Origin: Thermoplasmata archaeon
GTDB taxonomy: Archaea > Thermoplasmatota > Thermoplasmata > Lutacidiplasmatales > UBA184
Direction: 5' to 3'
DNA length: 54,465 bases
NCBI GenBank assembly: GCA_030037735.1
Contig: JASHQC010000066.1
Location: 1-54,465, forward strand
The notes below the pieces were generated by a model. The model was given only the letters and a program-made list of their open reading frames with translations. It was not told the origin of the DNA and did no database searches. Positions 8,601 through 17,525 of the stretch are shown here, piece after piece; within the stretch, counting starts at the first letter, position 1; every line of letters starts with the position of its first letter. The position numbers and the translations under genes are program-made.

Positions 8601-10046
8601 ATGACGGAAACTCGCCTCGTCCGAGAGAACGCACTACGCCGGACTCGGATACTGGCCACTCTGGGTCCCGCGTCCGCCACTGCTCGAACTTTGCATGACC
8701 TTCTGGCGGCAGGGGCAGACGCCTTCCGGATCAATTTCTCCCACGGGGGAACGGGTGAACAGCAGCAACTGATTCGACGTGCTCGGGCCGCCGCTCGCCG
8801 GGCCCACCGGGAAGTGGCCATCGTTGCCGACCTTCAGGGCCCGAAGCTACGGCTCGGGTACGTGGCGCAGAACTCCGTCGAGGTTCGCCCTGGACAGCTT
8901 CTCAGTCTCGATCTCGATCCGACCGTAGGGACCGAAAGGCGAGTTTCCATTTCTGTCCCCGATCTGCGCTCGGCGGCACAGCCCAGAGATCTCCTACTCC
9001 TGGGAGACGGCCAAGTAGAGCTCCGCGTCGAGCAGGTGTCTTCGAAGGCCATTCGCACTCGGGTGGTCCAGGGCGGGAGCATACGGTCTCGCCAGGGAAT
9101 CTTCCTTCCCCACGCGCGATTCCACCGCTCCCTCTTGGGGCCCAAAGACTTGGAGGATCTCGCCGTCGCGCTGGACGAGCGCGTCGATTTTATCGCCCTC
9201 TCCTTCGTCGGGACGGCCCGCGATGTCCGGGAGGCCCGGCGAGCCATCGCCGACCGGACCCAAGAACCAGTGGGGGTGATCGCCAAAATCGAGCGCGCGC
9301 GAGCGCTCGACGCAATGGGGGGAATCCTGCGCGAGTCGGAAGGCATCATGGTCGCCCGGGGCGATCTGGGAATCGAGGTACCGCTCGAACGGTTGGCGTT
9401 GGAACAGAAGCGACTCGTCGCGCTCGCTCAGAGGACCGGTCGCACGAGCATTGTGGCGACGCAAATGCTGCTTAGCATGGTCTCGTCCCCTCGGCCTACC
9501 CGCGCCGAGGCTACCGACGTGGCGAACGCGATTCTCGACGGCGCCGATGCCGTGATGCTTTCGGAGGAGAGTGCCATCGGTTCGTTTCCTGCACTGGCCG
9601 TGGCCTGGATGGACCGGATCGCGCGAGCCACCGAGGGCGCTATTGACCGCGAACGCTTTCGAACCCCGCGCGTCGATGAACGAAACCCGCCGATCGAAGA
9701 GGCGGTGGCGAACGCCGCCGTGCGGACAGCCGAGGCCATCCGCGCCGGGGCGATCGTGATTCCGACGCATTCCGGGCGCACGGCCCGCCTGGTCTCCCGG
9801 CTGCGGCCTACGGTCCCCATCTTGGCCTTGTCCCGACTCGAGACCACTCGCCGGCACTTGGCGCTCACCTGGGGGGTGCTCACGGAGGCGGTTCCCGCTC
9901 GCCTCTCGCTCGACCAACTGCGACGATTTGCGGAGAGCGCTTCTCGACACACCTTCGACCTACCGGCCGGACGGCCGGTGGTCCTGACCGCCGGTTATCC
10001 GGTGGAGGGACGACCGACGAATCTCGTCACCGTAACTTCGACGTGA
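8601..10046 (+). CDS. pyk: Pyruvate kinase
   Basis: RRTRILATLGPAS...GADAFRINFSHG, IAKIE, MVARGDLGIE, and a C-terminal regulatory domain. The start is trimmed to the ATG at 8601 (the track gives a TTG at 8565). Confidence 0.9.
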   Translation: MTETRLVRENALRRTRILATLGPASATARTLHDLLAAGADAFRINFSHGGTGEQQQLIRRARAAARRAHREVAIVADLQGPKLRLGYVAQNSVEVRPGQLLSLDLDPTVGTERRVSISVPDLRSAAQPRDLLLLGDGQVELRVEQVSSKAIRTRVVQGGSIRSRQGIFLPHARFHRSLLGPKDLEDLAVALDERVDFIALSFVGTARDVREARRAIADRTQEPVGVIAKIERARALDAMGGILRESEGIMVARGDLGIEVPLERLALEQKRLVALAQRTGRTSIVATQMLLSMVSSPRPTRAEATDVANAILDGADAVMLSEESAIGSFPALAVAWMDRIARATEGAIDRERFRTPRVDERNPPIEEAVANAAVRTAEAIRAGAIVIPTHSGRTARLVSRLRPTVPILALSRLETTRRHLALTWGVLTEAVPARLSLDQLRRFAESASRHTFDLPAGRPVVLTAGYPVEGRPTNLVTVTST

Positions 10047-11223
10047 CCGGTTCGGCACCCACGGTGGAAGCCGAACTGTCCGTGACTCGCGGGATGCCGG
10101 CCGAATTCGGAGCGACGAGCAGAACCAGCGGTATCAGGACCAACGTCAGAGCTCCAACGAACACCCATGCCGTCGTAAAGCCCGCCAAAACAGCGACGTA
10201 ACCGAAGACGATGGCTACGAGGCTCCCGACGAGCACTTGGATCGAGTTGATGACGGCGATGCCGAGGGCGAGGCTCTCCCCACGAATCTCGGGCAGGTAC
10301 GAAGGGATCAGGTAGAGGACTGCGAAAACGATTCCATCGAACAGGCCCATGATCACGAAGAGCCCTGCGCTTACGTAGAGGCCGAGGAGGGGGATCGAAG
10401 CAATCAGGGCGCCATCACCCACGGCGAAGAGGGCCAAAACCCACCGGCGGTCCCACCCCCGCTCGGCAATCCAGCCTCCGAGGGGTCCCCCGGGAAATGA
10501 CATCACGATGAAGACCGTCGCGATGTTCGCTGCCGTTTGGGTTCCCCACGCTGGGTGTACCTTGGTCGCGTAGAGTACGAAATCCTGGGCGACAATGTAT
10601 ACGGCAGCCCAGAATCCGGTTAACGCGAGGGAGAGCGCCCAGATCGACCGGGAGCGGAGCACGCGCCCCATCGTTTGAACGAGTCGGGAACGGTCCCTCT
10701 CGGGACGGGGAGTCTGCTCTCGGGGCAGCACGACCCAATTGTACACCGCCATGACGAGCAACGCAGCTCCACCGACCCCCAGCGCGAGCTGCCAACCGAA
10801 TCTCAGCCCAATTGCGGCGCCGGCGGTGACACCCGCCGCTCCGCCCAGACTGAACCCCCCGTTGTAGAGGCCAATCACGGGGCCCCGCTGGCCTGAGGGA
10901 AAATACGAAGCCACCAGGCTCAGGGCCGGAGAGAAGAAGAACGCCGCGCCCACCCCCGCGAGAAAACGGAGGAGAATCAGGTCGAGGATTTGGGTAGAAA
11001 ACGCCGACGCCAGTCCGGCCGCGCCCATGACCACTAGACCTGTCAGCGCGGTTCGGCGGGACCCTAGGTGCAGGTCGAGAATGCCGGCCGGGACCTGGAA
11101 AACGCCAACTCCCACGAGGAAGGCGCCGAGGACGAGGCCCAGCTGGGCCGCATTCGCGTGGAGGGAAGTGCCGATGAGGGCGAGCACCGCCCCCACGTTA
11201 TACCAATTGAAGGCGTAGACCAC
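10027..11223 (-). CDS. MFS transporter
   Basis: About 12 hydrophobic helices. The first ~200 aa of the track ORF are Arg/Pro-rich and overlap the MBL gene, so I treat them as an artefact. The in-frame GTG at 11223 is my best guess for the start; it is uncertain. Confidence 0.75.
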   Translation of the reverse strand: MVYAFNWYNVGAVLALIGTSLHANAAQLGLVLGAFLVGVGVFQVPAGILDLHLGSRRTALTGLVVMGAAGLASAFSTQILDLILLRFLAGVGAAFFFSPALSLVASYFPSGQRGPVIGLYNGGFSLGGAAGVTAGAAIGLRFGWQLALGVGGAALLVMAVYNWVVLPREQTPRPERDRSRLVQTMGRVLRSRSIWALSLALTGFWAAVYIVAQDFVLYATKVHPAWGTQTAANIATVFIVMSFPGGPLGGWIAERGWDRRWVLALFAVGDGALIASIPLLGLYVSAGLFVIMGLFDGIVFAVLYLIPSYLPEIRGESLALGIAVINSIQVLVGSLVAIVFGYVAVLAGFTTAWVFVGALTLVLIPLVLLVAPNSAGIPRVTDSSASTVGAEPVTSKLR

Positions 11224-11285
11224 CCGGGCGCCGAACAGGGCGAGGGCCGGGGTCAGGCGGGGATTGCGGCCGTCGGACGCTCCAC

Positions 11286-12254
11286 TCAGGGGATCAAACC
11301 TCGAGTCCGGAAATACCGGAGGAGCCCTTGCGCCGCAAGTGCCGTGCCCGAAATCAGGTCCGCCCGCACTTCTGCCGGAGACTCGGGGGACCGAATCTCC
11401 CGCTCGGATCGTTGAAGGGCCGCTTCGACGTGGTCCACCGAAGGGTCCTCCCGAGCGGCGGCCAACGCGACCTCGCGCCAGCGCATCACGAGGGGAGGAT
11501 ACTCCTGAAGAGCCCGAACGCCGTCGGATTGAGGTCCAAAGTGGGTGTACAATAGACGGGCAGGGTCGAGTTCCCGCATCCGGTCGACGCTGGCCAATAA
11601 TGCTTCGAGGTCGAGGTCCGGTGGGGGCAGGGCAGGTCTCACCCGGTTGGTCCCCGGAAGATGTACGCCCGCCGCATCGCCAGTGAGGAGGGAGCGAGTG
11701 GGCTCGTCGAAGAACGCGAGGTGGTGTTTCGCGTGGCCCGGAGTGTTGACCACCCGTAACTCTCCGTCCTTCAATGGCAGGCGCTCCCCGCCAGACAGGG
11801 CGACGAGACGGGCTGCCGGCACGGGAACAATCGCTCCCCACAACGCATCCGTTGCCGCTCCCCAAGCGCGACGGGCGCTCGCGACGAGCTTCGTCGGGTC
11901 CACCATGTGGGCGAGTCCTTCTCGATGGACGTAGAGGGTCGCCCGAGGAAACAGCTCGGCGGCCGTGCCGAGTCCACCGGCATGATCCAGATGGACGTGC
12001 GTGACGAGAACCCGTGTCACCTCGTTTCGGTCGATACCGGCCGCCGCAACCCCCTCGCTGAGATGCTCACGGCAGGTGGTTGGACCGGTTTCGACAATCG
12101 TCCAACCTTCCGGTCCCGGGAGCGCATAACTCGCAATGATGCCCTCCACGTCGCGAAAGTCGAGGTCGATTTGGAAGCGGTTCGCCCCCAGCTCCTCGAC
12201 GTGAACAGAGGACATGGAACCTCCTTCGACTGTCCGACTCCGTTCAGGGACCAA
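11286..12254 (-). CDS. MBL-fold metallo-hydrolase
   Basis: VTHVHLDHAGG (HxHxDH) and downstream His/Asp ligands (TPGHAKHH). Confidence 0.85.
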   Translation of the reverse strand: MVPERSRTVEGGSMSSVHVEELGANRFQIDLDFRDVEGIIASYALPGPEGWTIVETGPTTCREHLSEGVAAAGIDRNEVTRVLVTHVHLDHAGGLGTAAELFPRATLYVHREGLAHMVDPTKLVASARRAWGAATDALWGAIVPVPAARLVALSGGERLPLKDGELRVVNTPGHAKHHLAFFDEPTRSLLTGDAAGVHLPGTNRVRPALPPPDLDLEALLASVDRMRELDPARLLYTHFGPQSDGVRALQEYPPLVMRWREVALAAAREDPSVDHVEAALQRSEREIRSPESPAEVRADLISGTALAAQGLLRYFRTRGLIP

Positions 12255-12930
12255 TGAAATATAGCAGAATGCCGGCCCCGACGGTAAGCGCCAAAAACGC
12301 CACGAACGCCACGGCCCACACGGTCTTGCTCCACCGCATCACCTTCGCCCCGTCGAGCGGTCCGATCGGAATCATATTGAAGGTCCCAAACCAGCTGTTG
12401 ACGAACCCCAAGAATTGCAATGCTCCCACGACAACGAGCTGGGAGGGGACAGCGGCAGCGACCCCGAACGATGAGGCGAGGAAGATAACCCCAAAGACGA
12501 CGTTGGTCGATGGTCCCGCCAAGCTGGTCCGTCCCCAATCTTCAGGGCTCCCCATACCGCCGATCATCGTGGCCCCCGGCGCGGCGAACAGGAATCCGAT
12601 GTAGGCCGTGATGAGGGAGACGATGAGGCCAATCGCGGACATTCGGAACTCCGCCCAGTATCCGCGTCGCTGCGCCGAGACTTTGTGGGCCATCTCGTGA
12701 GCCACGAAGGCGGTGAGCGCCGCGGCGATTGCGGTACCCACGTACACAGCCTCTATAGGAGCCGCGTAAATCGCCGGTCCGCCGTAGAGTAATATGAAAT
12801 CGACCGTGAGCACAACGGCCGCAATCGCTAGATGACGAAGCTCGGTCGGCGAGGTGCTCAGTGGGCGCTGGGCCGAGATTTTCGGCCCCACCGTGTAGGA
12901 ATACGTGTAGGGTCGATACGTCCCGGTCAA
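12244..12930 (-). CDS. M50 (site-2 protease family) membrane zinc metalloprotease
   Basis: HEMAHK (HExxH) lies inside a TM helix, with NMIPIGPLDG downstream. The protein is polytopic. Confidence 0.8.
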   Translation of the reverse strand: MTGTYRPYTYSYTVGPKISAQRPLSTSPTELRHLAIAAVVLTVDFILLYGGPAIYAAPIEAVYVGTAIAAALTAFVAHEMAHKVSAQRRGYWAEFRMSAIGLIVSLITAYIGFLFAAPGATMIGGMGSPEDWGRTSLAGPSTNVVFGVIFLASSFGVAAAVPSQLVVVGALQFLGFVNSWFGTFNMIPIGPLDGAKVMRWSKTVWAVAFVAFLALTVGAGILLYFIGP

Positions 12931-13049
12931 CTTCCAATCCCGGGGCCCGGGGCCCCCATCCTAGCCAAGAGTTCGGTGGCGGCGTCGGGAGCGGCCGCGA
13001 CCGAAGGCCCCTCCCACGTAGTCCACACCGGGGCGCCCGGTCCGCGTGC

Positions 13050-14189
13050 TTACTTAGCCTTGGCTCGACGGGCCGAACGGCGACGAACAGGCCCCGGCCT
13101 TCGAGACTTTCGTGCACCCGACCGGGTCGTCCGGCGCGACTTGGGACGGCGCGGGGCGGAAGGGCCCTTTGAGGGGGCCCGATGAGCGACGGCTGGGGTG
13201 AGGGGGGTCGCCTTTGCGGGTCGAACGGGCGCCGGCAGACCAATGTGCAAACTGAGGGCCTGCTCGGCGTCGAACTCTAGACCCAGCGCCCGGGCCCGTT
13301 CGATCTCCCGTTGACCCTCCACGGCATGCCCGGTTTTCTCGAGAGCTGCGCCATGGAGAAACCGGAGTCGGGCATCCTCCGGTGCGATCTCCAGCATCAC
13401 CTTCAGCTCCGGCGTCACCTCAGGCCACCGACCGGCGTCGACTAGGGCGGCCAGGAGGTGGGCCCGGACCTCGTTGCGGGACGGATCCTCATTGATCAGC
13501 CCCCGGTAAATTTGGATCTCCTCGTTCGGTTTTCCGGACGCGCCGGCCGCCGCGGCCAACCCCAGCCGGGCCTCGAGATTGTCGGGGGAGATCGCGAGCA
13601 CCTCGTGGAAGATCTTCTGGGCGTCGGGGACCAACCCGAGCGCCAACAGCGAACGCGCCACGCCATTCCGGGCCGGGGCGAACTCGGGTTTCAACTCGAG
13701 CGCCTGCCGGAAGAAGCGGAGCGCCAGGGCCGGCACACCCCAGTCGAGCCAGGTCCTGGCCCGCACAACGATTTCATCGAGCTGTCGCGCGCTTGGAAGC
13801 TGGCGGGTCTCCCCAGGGGTGGGGACCGCTCGAGGTTCCTCGCCGATGTAGCTCCCTAAGTTGAGCCCGGTCACGAGCTCGCGGAACCGGGCTCCATCCA
13901 CGACGGTCGCCCCCTTTCCAATGAGCTCCGCGGTGAGCGCGAGCGGCAACCTTCCCGGCGAGAACACCACGAGCCGAGACGGCCGGTCCGCGGCCTCGCG
14001 GAGGAGCGCTTGGACCGTGGAAAGGGAAACCTGGGACGGGTCTTCTAGAAATGCGTAAAGAAAGTCGTCCGTCGTTCGCAGCAAAAACCCTTCTGGCGTC
14101 GGACGCATCGCGTCGGGTTGCTGGCCAAAGGCCTCGGTCAATCGGCCCACGAGCTCGCTGAACGCCGGCGCCGGCACGTGACTGGCCAC
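13050..14189 (-). CDS. TPR-repeat protein with an unknown N-terminal domain and a strongly basic C-terminal tail
   Basis: The middle part has TPR-like repeats (ALRFFRQALELKPEFAPA..., FHEVLAISPDNLEA..., IYRGLINEDPS...). The last ~60 aa are rich in Arg, Lys and Pro. The start may instead be the in-frame GTG at 14177. Confidence 0.65.
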   Translation of the reverse strand: MASHVPAPAFSELVGRLTEAFGQQPDAMRPTPEGFLLRTTDDFLYAFLEDPSQVSLSTVQALLREAADRPSRLVVFSPGRLPLALTAELIGKGATVVDGARFRELVTGLNLGSYIGEEPRAVPTPGETRQLPSARQLDEIVVRARTWLDWGVPALALRFFRQALELKPEFAPARNGVARSLLALGLVPDAQKIFHEVLAISPDNLEARLGLAAAAGASGKPNEEIQIYRGLINEDPSRNEVRAHLLAALVDAGRWPEVTPELKVMLEIAPEDARLRFLHGAALEKTGHAVEGQREIERARALGLEFDAEQALSLHIGLPAPVRPAKATPLTPAVAHRAPSKGPSAPRRPKSRRTTRSGARKSRRPGPVRRRSARRAKAK

Positions 14190-14197
14190 ATCCCCAG

Positions 14198-14207
14198 ATT
14201 AAATATA
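14198..14207 (+). promoter_or_regulatory. Putative TATA box (ATTAAATATA), possibly bidirectional
   Basis: Its centre is 27 nt upstream of the GTG at 14229 (polyprenyl synthase). It is also 25 nt from the minus-strand GTG at 14177. Confidence 0.5.
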
Positions 14208-14228
14208 CTCAGCAGTCGAGGCGCGGAC

Positions 14229-15293
14229 GTGGAGTTCGAGCGTCTAGCCAAATGGCTTCCACGCATCGAGCAGGAGATCGCCCGGACCTACGCGGGGGCC
14301 CGGGAAGCGGCTCGAAACGATGTCGCGGCCAACGCACTCAGTGTTCTGGAGGAGTTCACCCTCCGAGGAGGCAAGCGGCTGCGGGCGCTGCTCGTGCTCG
14401 GGGGATTTCACGTCGCGACCGGTGGCGAACCGGGCCCGGCGTTGAGCGCGGCCGCCGGCATCGAGCACTTCCAGAGCTGGATGCTGATCCACGACGATAT
14501 CATCGACCACGCGGAGGAGCGGCGCGGAGGACCTTCCGTTCATCGGCTTCTCGCCACGCAGCATGGCGACGAGCAATTGCTAGGCTCGAGCTCCGATTAC
14601 GGCGTCGGAATGGGCATCACGCTGGGGGACCTGCAGGAGCCGTTTGCCGTCGAATCCATCCTACGGAGCCCGGTGCCCGGCCCTCTCCGGTTGCAAGCGC
14701 TACAGGAGTACGTGCGCATGACGCGCGAGACAGCGTACGGTCAGTTGCTCGACGTGCGCAACGGCGCGCTACCGATCGAACGCGTTCGGGAAGAGGACGT
14801 GATGGAAGTGCACCGTCGCAAGACGGCCGAGTACACTGTTGCGGGACCCCTTCGACTCGGCGCCATTCTCGGCAGGGCCTCTCCGAAGCTGCTCACCGAC
14901 CTCGCGTCGATCGGCACGGACCTCGGCGTGGCGTTTCAACTCCGCGACGATATCCTGGGCGCCGGCCTGGCAGAGGGTGACATCGGAAAGAGCGCAAATG
15001 ACCTCATCGAGGGAAAGCGGACCCTCCTCGTCGTCGTCGCGTGGGCACGGGCGGACCCGGTCGGCCGCGCCTTGCTGCAGGAAGTACTTGGGAACCCTGC
15101 CGCCGCCCCCGCACGCGTCCGGGCCGCGCAAGAGCTTCTCCGTTCGACCGGCAGCCTGGCGTATTCCGAACAACAAATCTCCGAGTTATCGAGACAGGCA
15201 TTCGAACGGATTCGCACGAGTGCCACGATTCGGCCGGGCGCCAAGAAATTGCTTGAACAGGTCGGCGACCGGCTCGTCCGCCGGTCGATGTAG
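14229..15293 (+). CDS. Polyprenyl (geranylgeranyl) diphosphate synthase
   Basis: First Asp-rich motif LIHDDIIDH and second motif FQLRDDILG. The start is trimmed to the GTG at 14229 on TATA spacing, which avoids a 70-nt overlap with the divergent gene. Confidence 0.85.
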   Translation: MEFERLAKWLPRIEQEIARTYAGAREAARNDVAANALSVLEEFTLRGGKRLRALLVLGGFHVATGGEPGPALSAAAGIEHFQSWMLIHDDIIDHAEERRGGPSVHRLLATQHGDEQLLGSSSDYGVGMGITLGDLQEPFAVESILRSPVPGPLRLQALQEYVRMTRETAYGQLLDVRNGALPIERVREEDVMEVHRRKTAEYTVAGPLRLGAILGRASPKLLTDLASIGTDLGVAFQLRDDILGAGLAEGDIGKSANDLIEGKRTLLVVVAWARADPVGRALLQEVLGNPAAAPARVRAAQELLRSTGSLAYSEQQISELSRQAFERIRTSATIRPGAKKLLEQVGDRLVRRSM

Positions 15294-15320
15294 ATTGCCC
15301 GGAACCGAGGAAGAGCCGGA

Positions 15321-15692
15321 TTACTGGGATGTTCCAGTGGGGGAAACACCGGCGGCCTGCAGCGCGTCCGAGAGCTCCTTGGTCATCGTCGTGTAGCGTT
15401 CCTTCAGCTGGTTCTCGTTTCGCTCCAGCGCCTTGACCCGAACCTCGAGGGTCTCCTTGTCGTCGGTGAGGAGGTCGACCACCTCCTTCTTGCTCTGGGC
15501 CTTCACCAGTAGGCCCCCGATCGGCCGGTAGATCACCGTGTCGTCGGCCACTGTTTTGAGCTCGTCCAGCGTGTGCGTCGTCTCGCGGAGCTTGAGGTCG
15601 ATCTGCATTCGCTGTTGGGTGATCTGCGACAAGTCCTGCTGGAGCCGCTGGTACTGCCGAATCTCGTTCTGCAGCTTCGCCGGTAGGGCCAT
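15321..15692 (-). CDS. pfdB: Prefoldin beta subunit
   Basis: MALPAKLQNEIRQYQRLQQ... coiled coil, beta hairpins (VIYRPIGGLLVK), then a second coiled coil. The start is trimmed to the ATG at 15692. Confidence 0.85.
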   Translation of the reverse strand: MALPAKLQNEIRQYQRLQQDLSQITQQRMQIDLKLRETTHTLDELKTVADDTVIYRPIGGLLVKAQSKKEVVDLLTDDKETLEVRVKALERNENQLKERYTTMTKELSDALQAAGVSPTGTSQ

Positions 15693-15741
15693 CGGCGGCG
15701 CCAGAAAAAGAACGGGACTTAAGCGCTTCGGGGAGAGGCCG

Positions 15742-16029
15742 TCACGCCCTTGGCCCATCGGGCGTGGCCTGCCCGCTGGCTACCCGTTCCGTCGATAGCA
15801 CGAGTCCGACCCAGGCCAGGTATGTGTTCAGCGCGGCCCGGCATGCACTCGTGTCAGCCGCCACGATCCGGAGCTCGACCGACTTGAGGTCGACCCGGAC
15901 GAGATCGGCGCGGGCGCGAGGGACCTCGCGGGCCACTTCGGGCGCCAAGGCTTGTGCGACGCGGTCGGCCTCCGCCGGTGACGTCCGATGGATTCGGATA
16001 ATGGCCCGCCAGTCAGCCGTCCCGGTCAA
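15742..16029 (-). CDS. pcc1: KEOPS subunit Pcc1
   Basis: AADTSACRAALNTYLAWV matches the Pcc1 hallmark (A.D.salR..lNsyLrW). The TTG start overlaps the purB stop as TTGA. Confidence 0.65.
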   Translation of the reverse strand: MTGTADWRAIIRIHRTSPAEADRVAQALAPEVAREVPRARADLVRVDLKSVELRIVAADTSACRAALNTYLAWVGLVLSTERVASGQATPDGPRA

Positions 16030-17393
16030 GCGGCCAACTCGCGTCGGAGAGCCTCGACCACCCGGTCGGTCTTCGCAGCGGCGGCCTGAACGTAGGCGGC
16101 CGGGTCGAGCAACTGGTCGAGTTCGGCCCCCGTGAAGTACTTCTGCAACGTTGGGTCCGATTTGGCCCGGGCCGCGAGGGATCCGCCGCCTGTCTCTCCT
16201 CGAGACATCGTGCGGAGGAACTCGTGGGCCTCGGACCGAGGAACTCCCTTTGCCGTGAGGGCCAGCATCAGGTTCTCGACCATGACGCTCCCTCCGCTCT
16301 GGCTCAGGTTGGAGGCCATCCGCTCCGCGTCCACCTTCAACCCGGTGTGCACGTCGATCAGCTTGCGGAGGATGTCGTCCGTGAGAACGATGGAATGCGG
16401 AAGCACGATGCGCTCGTTCGCCGTATTCGCGAGGTCTCGCTCGTGCCACAGCGCCATGTTCTCAAGCGGCGGCAGCGCGAAGGCACGGATCAACCGAGCC
16501 AGGGAGGTCACGTTCTCCGATACGACCGGGTTCCGTTTTTGCGCCATGGTGGAGCTTCCCACTTGACGCCGCTCATCGAAGGGCTCCTGGACTTCCGCGA
16601 TCTCGGACCTCTGGAGATTCCGGACCTCCGTCGCCAGACGTTCTGCGGTGCTGGCTACGAGGGCCAGCCAGCCCGTAAACTCGGCGATCCGGTCCCGGCC
16701 CACGATCTGGGTCGGAGCCTCGTCCGCGCGTAGCCCGAGGCGTCGCATCACGGCCGACTCAATCTCGAAAGACTTAGGCCCGAACCCGGCACCGGTTCCC
16801 ACAGCCCCTGCCATCTTCCCGACACAGAGACGAGGCGCGAGCTCGTCCAACCGTTTGCGATGCCGAAGTACCTCGGCCGCGCTGACGGCCATTTTGTACC
16901 CGAAACTAATGGGCACGGCGTACTGGCCGTGCGTGCGACCTACCTCGGGTGTGCCACGGTACTTGTGAGCGAGGTCGGTAAGGGTCTGCGCGAGCTCGGT
17001 CAAGTCTCCGCGTAGAATCCGAACGGCGTCCTGGAATTCGAGCGCCAGCGCCGTGTCCGTGATGTCCGCCGACGTGGCCCCATAGTGGACCCACGGCGCG
17101 CCGACTCCCGATTGGGCCCCGAGCGCTCTCACAATCGCCATGACGTCGTGCCGAATCTCTGCCTCGAGCCGGTCCACTTCGGCCAATGTCACGTCGGGGC
17201 CCGCTGCCGCGGCGGCAATCGCCTGCGCGGCGTGGGGTGGGATGATGCCGAGCTCCGCCTCGGCTTCGGCGAGTGCCGCTTCGACCCGCAGCGCACGGCG
17301 AAGTCGGAGCTCGCGAGAAAAGAGGGCGCGGACCTCGGGACGGCCGTACCGGAACTCCAGCGGGCAGAACAGTTCCCCCGGATTTTCCGTCAC
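16026..17393 (-). CDS. purB: Adenylosuccinate lyase
   Basis: The N-terminus PLEFRYGRPE and the fumarate-lyase signature SSTMAQKRNP. Confidence 0.92.
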   Translation of the reverse strand: MTENPGELFCPLEFRYGRPEVRALFSRELRLRRALRVEAALAEAEAELGIIPPHAAQAIAAAAAGPDVTLAEVDRLEAEIRHDVMAIVRALGAQSGVGAPWVHYGATSADITDTALALEFQDAVRILRGDLTELAQTLTDLAHKYRGTPEVGRTHGQYAVPISFGYKMAVSAAEVLRHRKRLDELAPRLCVGKMAGAVGTGAGFGPKSFEIESAVMRRLGLRADEAPTQIVGRDRIAEFTGWLALVASTAERLATEVRNLQRSEIAEVQEPFDERRQVGSSTMAQKRNPVVSENVTSLARLIRAFALPPLENMALWHERDLANTANERIVLPHSIVLTDDILRKLIDVHTGLKVDAERMASNLSQSGGSVMVENLMLALTAKGVPRSEAHEFLRTMSRGETGGGSLAARAKSDPTLQKYFTGAELDQLLDPAAYVQAAAAKTDRVVEALRRELAA

Positions 17394-17415
17394 ACGCGGC
17401 GGACCCGGACCTGCC

Positions 17416-17422
17416 TATATAT
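17416..17422 (-). promoter_or_regulatory. Putative TATA box (TATATAT) for a leaderless purB
   Basis: Centred 26 nt upstream of the purB start at 17393. Confidence 0.45.
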
Positions 17423-17525
17423 CGATGCTGTGGACCACGAAGTCGGAGTGCCATGGGATGTTCACCGCGCATCCTTTCCGATGCGTTTTTACTCGCGTCC
17501 GTCTCGAGCAAGGCCACGGTTCAGC

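Noticed and set aside
8994-9950. Long antisense or out-of-frame ORFs opposite solid genes: 8994..9950, 25093..26235, 46258..47268, 41694..42965, 34427..35476, 22432..23250, 27923..28852, 29414..30535, 31355..32236, 42379..43125.
   Set aside because: They have low-complexity Arg/Gly/Pro-rich translations and no motifs. Each is fully shadowed by a gene with strong family signatures. This is a typical high-GC stop-codon-depletion artefact.
10027-11865. The 612-aa version of the MFS transporter. Similar long N-terminal extensions appear in track ORFs such as 17085..18482, 35666..37156, 35750..36919, 40789..42294, 48183..49517, 34415..35554, 15742..16449 and 45824..46309.
   Set aside because: The extensions are Arg/Pro/Gly-rich, overlap well-supported neighbouring genes, and precede the point where family similarity begins. 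They arise because the track takes the longest ATG/GTG/TTG ORF in GC-rich DNA.
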